A stretch of DNA of 64,000 bases from Bacteroidota bacterium (GTDB taxonomy: Bacteria; Bacteroidota; Bacteroidia; B-17B0; Aurantibacillaceae): positions 11,664 to 75,663 of the forward strand of contig JAJNBG010000025.1 of assembly GCA_021155905.1 (NCBI GenBank). Direction: 5' to 3'. This document shows positions 51,401 to 57,592 of the stretch, piece after piece. How positions within the stretch are numbered: the first letter of the stretch is position 1; each line of letters opens with the position of its first letter. The notes under the pieces are model-generated. The model had not been told where the DNA came from, ran no database searches, and was given only the letters and a program-made list of their open reading frames with translations. The translations under genes were made by a program, and so were the position numbers.

Positions 51401-54384
51401 CAGTGACTCCAACAACCACAACTACCTACACGGTGGATGGTGATAATGGTTCATGTACCGGAACACAAACCATCACACTAATGGTAAGTCCAAGTCCAAC
51501 CATTATTACTTCTGCTTCTTCAAATACTGTTTGCGCAGGAACAACTACAACATTAACAGCAAACGGAGCGTCCACTTATACATGGAATCCGGGAGCTTTA
51601 ACAGGAACTAATGTAGCTGTTACTCCTACCATTACCACTACCTATACAGTAGATGGAGATAATGGGCTAGGTTGTGTTACAAGCGAAACCATCATTATTA
51701 ATGTAAACCCTGCTCCGTCTATTTCGATCACGGCTTCACCGGTTGCATTGTGTACACCAGGTTCCGTGACATTAACCGCAAGTGGCGCTTCAACTTACAC
51801 ATGGAATCCAAGCTCAGCTACTACAACCAGTATCGTTGATACACCAACCATCACTACCACTTATTCTGTAACAGGAACTGATGCTATTGGATGTACAAAT
51901 ACACAAACATTAACTGTTGCAGTTGGAAATCCTACTGTTACAATTACAGCAAGTTCTAATACAATATGTGCAGGTTCAACTGCGACTTTAACCGCAAGCG
52001 GAGCCTTGACGTATACATGGAATCCATTAGCAGTGTCAGGTAGCACAGCTACAGATTCACCTTCAACCACCACTACTTATACTGTGACGGGCGATAATGG
52101 AGGTTGTGTTTCTACAAGTACATTTGTATTAACTGTTCTCAATAGTCCAACGATCACTGCTTCCGCAAGTCCAACAACTATTTGTTCCGGATTATCTTCA
52201 ACATTAACTGCCAATGGTGCTACAACTTATACCTGGATGCCATTAAGTATTTCAGGATCATCCGTTGTGGCCACGCCAACAACAAGTACGACATATACGG
52301 TATCAGGAGATAATGGTGGTTGTACATCAAGTGCAACTGTTATGGTTAATGTGAATCCTAGCCCTGCTAATGTAACTGCAACAGCGAATGGCACCCTCAA
52401 CTGTATGACGCCTACCGTTGGATTAACAGGAAGTTCAACATCAACCGGCGTGATCTATGTGTGGGCTGGGCCAAATTCTTATACCTCTGCCGTTCAAAAC
52501 CCGACAGATGTAACTGCGTCAGGTGACTATACGTTAGGTGTTATTGACCCATTATCCGGTTGTATGACAACTGCAACTACCGCGGTTACCGGCAATACCA
52601 TTTCACCTATTGTATCTGCCACGGCCTCCGGAAGTTTAGGATGTAACGCGAGTGTTACGATCACTGCTTCAAGTACCGGTACTTTAAATTATAACTGGTC
52701 AGGACCTGCAAGCTTTACTTCAACCGTGCAAAGCCCAACAACATCTATCGCCGGTGACTATACTGTCGCCGTAACAGATGTTGCAAGCGGATGTGTGGGA
52801 ACAGCCACGTTAACAGTAGGTACAAATACAGCCGTGCCAAACTTCACAGCAACGATTATCCCTGCAACTTGTACAGGAACCATTGCTAATAATGACGGTT
52901 CGATTTCTTTGGCTGGCTTTGCAACCAGTGATGCTTATGACCTTGTACAGGCATCGACTTATACCGGAAGTGCGACCTATCCAAGCGCTACGCCGATTCC
53001 GACATCAGGCATTATTACAACAACACTCAACAATCCTTTGGTGGCTACACTATATACAATCAGGGTGTTTAGTGCTAACGGATGCTTTGCGGATGTCACT
53101 TTAACGCTAACACCAACAACCTGTTCTTCTCCGGTTACGGTGTTGGGCATGACAAAAGCAGTTGGCACGCCGACTTTTGTAAACAACGATGCCTATAATG
53201 TTACTTATACAATTGTTGCAACAAATTCTTCGACGGTTAACCTGACAAGCTTTAGTATTTTTGATAATTTAGATAATACTTTCCCGCTTCCAACAACCTA
53301 TACCGTGATATCGACACCTAGTGTTACGTCTCTAAACAGTAACTTAACCGTTAATTCAAGCTATAACGGATCGACGCAAACAGATATGTTGGTTTCATCA
53401 TCCAGTACATTAGCTGCCGGAAGAAAAGACACGATTGTATTTACGGTTCAAATTGATCCAAACGGATTCTTTGGTCCGTTTAATAACTCAGCGATTGGAT
53501 TTGGAACTGATAACGGCGTAGTTGTTTCAGATAGTTCTAATACAGGTTTCTCATGGGATCCTGATAATGACGGCGATCCAACAAACAATGACACCGCGAC
53601 GGTTGTTTACCTGGCACCGAATTCAAACATTGCAGTTGCCAAGAGCGGAAGCGTTTCAGGAATACTGCCAGACAAAACACTGGATGTGACGTATACGATT
53701 CTCGTTAAAAATTTAGGAAACGATACCATCAAGTTTGTTCAGATATTTGATACTCTCAATATTCCAACACCTGCAACCTTCACGATTAAATCAGGCCCTT
53801 CAACTTCTGGTATTTTAACGGCTAATGGTAATTATAACGGGAACAGTGATATTGGTTTATTAGTTGCCAGTTCAAGCAAACTGGCTCCCGGCGAAAGTGA
53901 GACCATCACCTTCGTAATCAATATTACACCAAATGGCTTGAGTTCCATTACAAATGTGGCTATTGGCGCAGGCTTCGGTGCTGATGGCGGAATTGTCAGG
54001 GACTCATCCAACAATGGTAGCGACCCTGATCCTAATGTGAATGGCAATGGAACAGAAGTTGGCGAAAACGTTCCTACCATCCTGGAGCTTCCGGATGTGA
54101 ATTTATTTATTCCTGAAGTATTTACACCGGACGGTGATGGTAAAAACGATTTCTTCGTCATCAAAGGTATCGAAGGACGAACAGTAAAACTGACAGTGTT
54201 TAACCGTTGGGGAAATACAGTTTATGAAAATGATGCCTACGACAATACCTGGGACGGCTTGCCAAACGTGAGTGGCTTGATCATTGGAAATAATAAGCTA
54301 CCTCAGGGAACTTATTACTACATCGTTGAATTTGAAGATGAAGTGGACGAGCCTGTTAACGGCTATGTGGTATTACAGTATTAA
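42466..54384 (+). CDS. giant T9SS type-B cargo adhesin (3972 aa): N-terminal head, 41 Ig-like Cys-pair units, two DUF11-like repeats, CHU_C/gliding-motility-associated C-terminal domain
   Basis: Single uninterrupted ORF with signal peptide 'LLCVVLIQQLGFAQ'. There are 41 units of about 73 aa with the pattern 'ICxGxSxTLTxSGAxxYTWNPG...TTTYTVTG....GC'. 'VTYTIVATNSS' and 'VTYTILVKNLG' are DUF11-like. The C-terminus 'LFIPEVFTPDGDGKNDFFVIKGIE...FNRWGN.VYE...WDG.......LPQGTYYYIVEF' is the type B sorting domain pattern. Confidence 0.92.
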   Translation: MKFFTKSFRALLCVVLIQQLGFAQTCPTSSITASSNTTICSGQCANLNASVTALRTTSTYTVGATPYAPFSFTAGTSIIGAIDDTWSSALNIGFNFCYFGNTFNQLKIGSNGEITFDLTVVSNTPGSEFYTINNALPNLIEHAPNTICGPYRDIDPSAYIPATVTYTTTGVAPCRRFIASWNDVPLWACNTVTPRATFQIVLYEKSNIIDMYIQNSLGSCSPGNNIPGLIGIQNALGTIAVTPPGRNSTTAVWTGTNEAWRFTPTGAPTFTVAWAGPNGFTASGLTAAPCPTATSSYTATMTESNCGGGTSTYTSAVQVSVTPTPTILATASPTTICRGASSTLTASGATSYTWMPGSLTGSSITVTPTVTTTYTVTGRNGSCTSTRTVSVIVNPNPNVTATRSPSLICGAGSSTLTASGASTYSWNPVGLTGNPVVVTPTATTVYTVIGTSTLGCIGTRTLNVIVSPSPTITASSSAATVCANSTVSLMGSGGTSYTWTPGSITGATVVVTPTASTTYTVRGRNAAGCIATNTITINVTPGITVTPVASPTAICSGSSSTLTASGAVTYTWNPGALTGATVVVTPTVNTTYTVIGVGATGCSNTRTVTVAVRTPTLTATRNPSVLCIGNTATLTATGASTYTWNPGALIGNTVTVTPTVTTIYTVTGTNTLGCTATRTLNMPVSPTPTITPSASSSTICSGSSTTLTASGAATYTWMPGTLTGSAAVVSPTANTTYTVTGRNAAGCTSNSTITINVNPSVTLTPAASPTIICRGNSSTLTVSGASTYTWMPGTLTGSNVVVSPTVTTTYSVTGTATTGCTRTATLTVNVSTISVNATSNPPILCSTSSATLTGTGALTYTWNPGGVTGNTIVVSPTATTIYTLTGTNAIGCTATRTLNLVVGVTPTVTASASSTVLCSGATVTLTSSGATTYTWFPGSVVGATITRTPTASTTYTVRGRNASGCIGTNTVFVQVNPSPTVTAVSNPSVVCPGISATLTASGASTYTWNPGGVTTNTIAVSPTVTTIYTVAATSSLGCSSSSTVNLKITPNPTVIATASPTAICFGSSTTLTGSGASSYTWNPGALTGASVAVSPTTSTVYTVTGTNAGCSNTTTVSITVNSNPTITATSSTTSVCRGASATLTGAGGITYTWMPGGTSGTTISVTPTVTTTYSVTGTNAAGCTNTNTVTLTVNPIPTITAVSNPTILCIGSTATLTGSGASTYTWNPGALSGTTVAVTPSTTTVYTVAGTSTLGCTNTRTISLTVSNPTINAVSNPTVLCAGSSATLTGSGASTYTWNPGALSGATVAVTPTATTVYTVVGTTTLGCTATRTLNLTVSPNPTVTASSSPTAICAGSSATLTGSGATSYTWNPGATTGITTVVSPTATTVYTVTGVTGSCSNTNTVSVTVNANPTVTAVSNPTILCIGSTATLTGSGASTYTWNPGALSGITVAVTPTTTTIYTVSGTSASGCSNTNTISLTVSPNPTVTATASSTAICPGSSVTLTGFGASSYTWNPGALTGSTVSVSPLTNTAYTVTGANAAGCTSTGTIAITIIATPTIIASVSPTVICPGSTSTLTASGATSYTWNPGALTGSSVSVTPATTTTYSVVGTNTLGCATTQTVLLTVNSNPTITVTSNPTVICSGGGATLTANGGSTYTWNPGAISGTTISVTPTITTTYSVTGTSTLGCINTTTFSLVVSTNPTVTASSSATTICAGSSATLTGSGATSYTWNPGVLTGSIVTVSPLINTTYTVTGANAAGCFSTNTITINTISSPTVTASASPTSICVGSISTLTANGATSYTWNPGALTGSSVSVSPTVTTTYSVIGTNTLGCMTTQTVLLTVNSTPTITASSNPSVICSGGGATLTANGGSTYTWSPGSITGTTISVTPTITTTYSVTGTNISGCSNTTTINVAVSTNPTLTATSSPTSICAGSSATLTGSGATSYTWSPGAITGTTAVVSPTSTTNYTLTGANALGCVSTATVDVTVTPSLSITAMSTNTLICSGNSVVLSALGATSYTWNPGNTNGPLVIVSPSVTTIYTVTGNNGGTCSGSATIQINVNPTPTVTATSNPTILCSGGSATLTASGATNYIWNPGAVIGSSIVVTPSVTTDYTVTGVTGACSNSLTLNLVVGTNPTVTATASSDTICVGSSATLTGSGAATYTWNPGSLTGTTVTVTPAINTTYTVSGDNGSGCVVNQTVSINVNAAPSVSVASTATALCGTGSVTLTASGASTYTWNPTSATTATIVDTPTITTTYTVTGSDAIGCTNTQTMTITIGNPSITVISSPTVLCIGSTATLSASGASSYTWNPGTLTGANVSVTPTVTTNYTVTGTDAFGCSATQTINLVVSNPTISATASSNTICAGSSATLTGSGPASYTWNPGSLTGNSVVVSPTITTTYTITRVNAAGCTASNTIVINVNATPSVSIAATSTALCSSGSVTLTASGASTYTWGPSLATTTTIVDTPTITTTYSVTGSDALGCTNTQTITVTIGNPTVTVAATSTLLCPGATATLTASGATTYTWNPGALTGASVAVTPTTTTTYTVDGDNGSCLGTQTITLIVSPNPTVTISASSNTICAGTSATLTAGGASTYTWNPGTLTGTSVAVTPAITTTYTVDGGNGAGCIASNTIVINVNAAPSVSIAASSTSLCASGSVTLTASGASTYTWNPTLATTSSIVDTPTITTTYSVTGSDAIGCTATQTITITIGNPTITVAATSTVLCPGATSTLTASGATSYTWNPGALTGTSVAVTPTTTTTYTVDGDNGSCIETQTITLVVSPNPTVTASASSNTICAGTSATLTASGASSYTWNPGALTGTNVVVTPTITTTYTVDGDNGIGCIASETITINVNTAPSVSIAATPTILCAPGSVTLTASGATSYTWNPTSATTASIVDAPSMTTTYTVTGADAFGCSDTQTLTINVGSPVINLSSTSAGICIGASATLTANGATSYTWNPGALTGTSITVTPTTTTTYTVDGDNGSCTGTQTITLMVSPSPTIITSASSNTVCAGTTTTLTANGASTYTWNPGALTGTNVAVTPTITTTYTVDGDNGLGCVTSETIIINVNPAPSISITASPVALCTPGSVTLTASGASTYTWNPSSATTTSIVDTPTITTTYSVTGTDAIGCTNTQTLTVAVGNPTVTITASSNTICAGSTATLTASGALTYTWNPLAVSGSTATDSPSTTTTYTVTGDNGGCVSTSTFVLTVLNSPTITASASPTTICSGLSSTLTANGATTYTWMPLSISGSSVVATPTTSTTYTVSGDNGGCTSSATVMVNVNPSPANVTATANGTLNCMTPTVGLTGSSTSTGVIYVWAGPNSYTSAVQNPTDVTASGDYTLGVIDPLSGCMTTATTAVTGNTISPIVSATASGSLGCNASVTITASSTGTLNYNWSGPASFTSTVQSPTTSIAGDYTVAVTDVASGCVGTATLTVGTNTAVPNFTATIIPATCTGTIANNDGSISLAGFATSDAYDLVQASTYTGSATYPSATPIPTSGIITTTLNNPLVATLYTIRVFSANGCFADVTLTLTPTTCSSPVTVLGMTKAVGTPTFVNNDAYNVTYTIVATNSSTVNLTSFSIFDNLDNTFPLPTTYTVISTPSVTSLNSNLTVNSSYNGSTQTDMLVSSSSTLAAGRKDTIVFTVQIDPNGFFGPFNNSAIGFGTDNGVVVSDSSNTGFSWDPDNDGDPTNNDTATVVYLAPNSNIAVAKSGSVSGILPDKTLDVTYTILVKNLGNDTIKFVQIFDTLNIPTPATFTIKSGPSTSGILTANGNYNGNSDIGLLVASSSKLAPGESETITFVINITPNGLSSITNVAIGAGFGADGGIVRDSSNNGSDPDPNVNGNGTEVGENVPTILELPDVNLFIPEVFTPDGDGKNDFFVIKGIEGRTVKLTVFNRWGNTVYENDAYDNTWDGLPNVSGLIIGNNKLPQGTYYYIVEFEDEVDEPVNGYVVLQY
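43429..52365 (+). repeat. 41-unit in-frame tandem array (mean unit about 218 nt / 72.7 aa) with embedded three-unit super-repeats
   Basis: I counted 41 'Y(T/S/I)W' cores by hand. 8937 nt divided by 41 gives about 218 nt per unit. Super-repeats of exactly 657 nt start at 46915, 47572 and 48229. Super-repeats of exactly 651 nt start at 49105, 49756, 50407, 51058 and 51709. Confidence 0.95.
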
Positions 54385-54417
54385 TTAGAAACATTTTTTT
54401 AAATAAAAATAAAGACA

Positions 54418-55356
54418 ATGAAAAAATCAATCCTCCTGTTACTAATTGTGATGTTTAGCAGCATAGCTTCCAAAGCACAGTACGACGCGATGTTTACGCA
54501 GTACATGTTCAATGAAATGTATATCAACCCGGGCTACACTGGCTCTAAAGATGCCATGGCAGTCAACCTTACACACCGTCAACAGTGGGTGAATTTTCCG
54601 GGAAGACCAATCACGACATCTTTTACCCTGCATGGCCCTTTAGCTAATAACAAAATGGGCTTAGGTATTAGTGTCCTGAATGAACAGATTGGAAAATTGA
54701 ATCGTAACCTACTGTATTTGAATTATGCATATCGCATCAAAACCGGTGAAAAAGGACATTTGTCTTTTGGATTAATGGGCGGGATACATAACCAGGTGAA
54801 TAAATTATCTGAATTGAAATCAACTGAAACAGGTGATATCCAGATTTCGCAAAACACACCCAGTATCATGTCACCAAACTTTGGTGCGGGCATCTACTAT
54901 TACACCAATAAATTTTATGCAGGTATTTCCGTTCCGAGAATGGTCGACGACACCTATTTATTTGATGCTACAACAGGAGATTTTGTCAAATCCAATCAGT
55001 TAAATGCCAGTAAATTTCATTACTATTTTACAATTGGAAATGTGTTTGAGCTCAACGATGACTTGAAATTCAAACCTCAGGCGATGGTAAAAATGGTTAA
55101 CAATGCGCCACTGCAATACGACGTGAATGTGAATGTTCTAATTAAAAATAAAGTATGGGCAGGTGTTTCGTACAGAAGTAGTGCTGACGTTTCGGCTTTA
55201 TTAGGACTGCAGGTAACGCCTCAGTTTTTAGTGAACTATTCTTATGACTACGCGTTAACCAAAATCCAAAAGTATTCTCAGGGCTCACATGAGATCACAT
55301 TAGGTTATATATTTTCATACAAGCAACATAAAGTAGTAACGCCAAGATATTTCTAA
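54418..55356 (+). CDS. PorP/SprF-family type IX secretion system membrane protein
   Basis: 312 aa. Signal peptide, then 'AQYDAMFTQYMFNEMYINPGYTGS', the hallmark N-terminus of PorP/SprF. Beta-barrel-like remainder ending 'TPRYF'. It lies 33 nt after the adhesin stop. Confidence 0.9.
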   Translation: MKKSILLLLIVMFSSIASKAQYDAMFTQYMFNEMYINPGYTGSKDAMAVNLTHRQQWVNFPGRPITTSFTLHGPLANNKMGLGISVLNEQIGKLNRNLLYLNYAYRIKTGEKGHLSFGLMGGIHNQVNKLSELKSTETGDIQISQNTPSIMSPNFGAGIYYYTNKFYAGISVPRMVDDTYLFDATTGDFVKSNQLNASKFHYYFTIGNVFELNDDLKFKPQAMVKMVNNAPLQYDVNVNVLIKNKVWAGVSYRSSADVSALLGLQVTPQFLVNYSYDYALTKIQKYSQGSHEITLGYIFSYKQHKVVTPRYF

Positions 55357-55360
55357 GTTT

Positions 55361-57565
55361 ATGAAAAAATCATTCATTTTATTTTCCATCATTTGTCTGT
55401 TTGCCAGCGAGGGTTTCTCACAAACAGCAACGATCAATTCTGCCAATAAATTATACTACCAAAAGTTATATGTGCAGGCCATTCCAAAATATGAAACTGT
55501 TTTAAAGAAAGACAGCTCGAACGCTGATGTGCTTATTAACCTAGGAGATTGCTATCGTTTGACAAATAACAACAAAGGCCAGCTCATATGCTATGGTAAA
55601 CTGGTAAGATCGGGTAAAGCAGAAGATATTCATAAACTCTATTATGGCCAGGCCTTAATGGAGGCCGGAAAATATGATGATGCGAAAATATATGTGGATC
55701 AATTTAAAGCTGATCCCCGCGGCGAAGCTCTTGTAAAGGGGCTCAACAATTTACAGAAATTTTCAAAGAATGCAGACGCTTATAATCTCGCACCGTTCCA
55801 ATACAATACGGAGTATGATGATTTCGCGGCTATGACTTTTTTAAACGATAAAATTGTATTTACCTCTACCCGGACCAAGTCAACATGGATTACAAGACGC
55901 CATGGCTGGACCGGTAATAACTACTGTCACATGTACCTGACTGAGAAAGATAATTTCGGAGAGTACGATACACCGGCCATGTTCATTGCGGAATATGCCA
56001 CCAAATTCAATGATGGGCCCTTTGCTTCATCCAGAGACGGACAAACTATATTTTTTACAAGGAATGGAACTGTAAAAAAAGAAAAGAGCATAGATGGTTC
56101 TCAGAAACTGAAAATATTCCAGGCAACGATTATCAAAGATGATCTGCAATCTTTAATGCCAATGAAGTTTAACAGCAACGAATATAACTGTGCTCATCCT
56201 GCGATCAGCGCTGATGGAAATACTCTTTACTTTTCATCTGACATGGGTGGCGGACAAGGCGGCATGGATATCTGGTACTGTAAAAAAGATCCAAGCGGTG
56301 CATGGGGCAACCCAGTGAACATGGGCGAGAAAGTGAATACAAGAGGAACCGAGATCTTCCCGTCAGTTAGCGACGATAATTTTTTATACTTTGCATCCAA
56401 CGGACATGAAGGATTAGGAGGACTCGATATCTATGAAACAAAAATAAGAGAAGACAAAGCCGGTAAAGTGTATAATATGGGCAAGCCTGTAAACAGTGAG
56501 CATGATGATTTTGCATACAATCTCAATGCGGATGGCAAAAAAGGGTTTTTGAGTTCTAATCGTAAAACTGGCGGAATGAATGATGACATTTATCATGTTG
56601 ATGTATTGAGAAAAGTGACTCGTGGAAAAACGGTAAACTTCATCGTCAAGGATAAAGATACACAGGAACCGATGCCTCTGGTGAAAATCAAAATGAACGC
56701 GGATTCCTTTATGACGGATGATAAGGGTGCTTTCCAGACCGTTATTGAAGAAGATATTAATTACAAATTAGTAACCTCCAAAGAAAAATATTTTGAGATC
56801 ATTGATTCGATTTCAACAAAGTCTTCTCCGGAAGAAGAAGAGTTTACTAAAGCCATTGACCTAGAAAAGGATCCTAACCTCACCTTATTAGCGGGGATTT
56901 ATGATGCCAAAACAGGGGACGGGATTGAAGGTGTGAAAATTAAAATCAAAGACCTTGCGGCAAGCAATGACTTTGAACTTTTGAAAACAGAAAAGAACGG
57001 TGAATACAGGATGCCATTAAAAGGAAAAAAGATTGGTGATAAATTACTCTTTTTTGTGACCATTGAAAAAGAAGGATTTGTAACGAAAACCCTGAATTTT
57101 ACCTATGACATTAAAAAAGAAGGCGAAATACAAATGAACGAACTGTTAGCTCTAACCATTGGAAAAGTGGAAGTAGGTATGGACCTTGCGAAAATGATCG
57201 ATATCAAACCTATCTATTTTGACTTAGGAAAATCTACGATTCGTAAAGATGCTGCAACAGAGTTAGACAAGATTGTGGCAGTTATGAAAGAATACCCAGC
57301 CATGATTATTGAATTAGGAGCACATACAGATTGCAGGGGTGCAGCTGCCGCTAACCTTAAATTATCAGGCGGGCGGGCCAAAGCATCCGCTGCCTATATT
57401 GTAAAAAAAGGAATCGACAAAACACGTATTACCGGCAAGGGATACGGGGAAAGCAAATTACTGAACTCATGTGCCTGCGAAGGAAAAGTTAAACCAACCT
57501 GTTCAGAAGATGAACACGCTAAGAATCGAAGAACTGAATTTATTATTGTAAAGCTGAAAAATTAA
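55361..57565 (+). CDS. PorE-like OmpA-family protein (TPR, TolB/PD40-like beta-propeller, two carboxypeptidase-regulatory-like domains, OmpA_C)
   Basis: 734 aa. TPR-like 'YYQKLYVQAIPKYETVLKKD..NADVLINLGDCY'. Blades 'DGQTIFFTRN', 'DGNTLYFSSDM..GGMDIWY', 'NFLYFASNG..GLGGLDIYE' and 'GFLSSNR..GGMNDDIYHV'. OmpA_C 'IYFDLGKSTIR......LDKIV..M...P...IELGAHTDCRG....NL.LS..RA......'. and 'NRRTEFIIV'. Confidence 0.85.
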   Translation: MKKSFILFSIICLFASEGFSQTATINSANKLYYQKLYVQAIPKYETVLKKDSSNADVLINLGDCYRLTNNNKGQLICYGKLVRSGKAEDIHKLYYGQALMEAGKYDDAKIYVDQFKADPRGEALVKGLNNLQKFSKNADAYNLAPFQYNTEYDDFAAMTFLNDKIVFTSTRTKSTWITRRHGWTGNNYCHMYLTEKDNFGEYDTPAMFIAEYATKFNDGPFASSRDGQTIFFTRNGTVKKEKSIDGSQKLKIFQATIIKDDLQSLMPMKFNSNEYNCAHPAISADGNTLYFSSDMGGGQGGMDIWYCKKDPSGAWGNPVNMGEKVNTRGTEIFPSVSDDNFLYFASNGHEGLGGLDIYETKIREDKAGKVYNMGKPVNSEHDDFAYNLNADGKKGFLSSNRKTGGMNDDIYHVDVLRKVTRGKTVNFIVKDKDTQEPMPLVKIKMNADSFMTDDKGAFQTVIEEDINYKLVTSKEKYFEIIDSISTKSSPEEEEFTKAIDLEKDPNLTLLAGIYDAKTGDGIEGVKIKIKDLAASNDFELLKTEKNGEYRMPLKGKKIGDKLLFFVTIEKEGFVTKTLNFTYDIKKEGEIQMNELLALTIGKVEVGMDLAKMIDIKPIYFDLGKSTIRKDAATELDKIVAVMKEYPAMIIELGAHTDCRGAAAANLKLSGGRAKASAAYIVKKGIDKTRITGKGYGESKLLNSCACEGKVKPTCSEDEHAKNRRTEFIIVKLKN

Positions 57566-57592
57566 AGCTAAAAATTCAGTCCTATTAAAATC

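Noticed and set aside
43429-52365. Regular ~218-nt periodicity that could be mistaken for a CRISPR-like or satellite array.
   Set aside because: The period is a multiple of a protein domain in one open frame. There is no short conserved repeat alternating with unique spacers, and no cas genes are present.
43380-53186. Numerous 60-143-aa ORFs in other frames or on the opposite strand inside the giant adhesin gene (for example 45480..45911 -, 45981..46409 -, 44343..44690 +, 50448..50837 +). There are similar ones inside the M43 gene (30295..33123).
   Set aside because: They lie wholly inside long, motif-supported ORFs. Their translations are low-complexity (Tyr/Asn/Cys- or Val/Pro-rich), and they recur only because the underlying coding repeat recurs.
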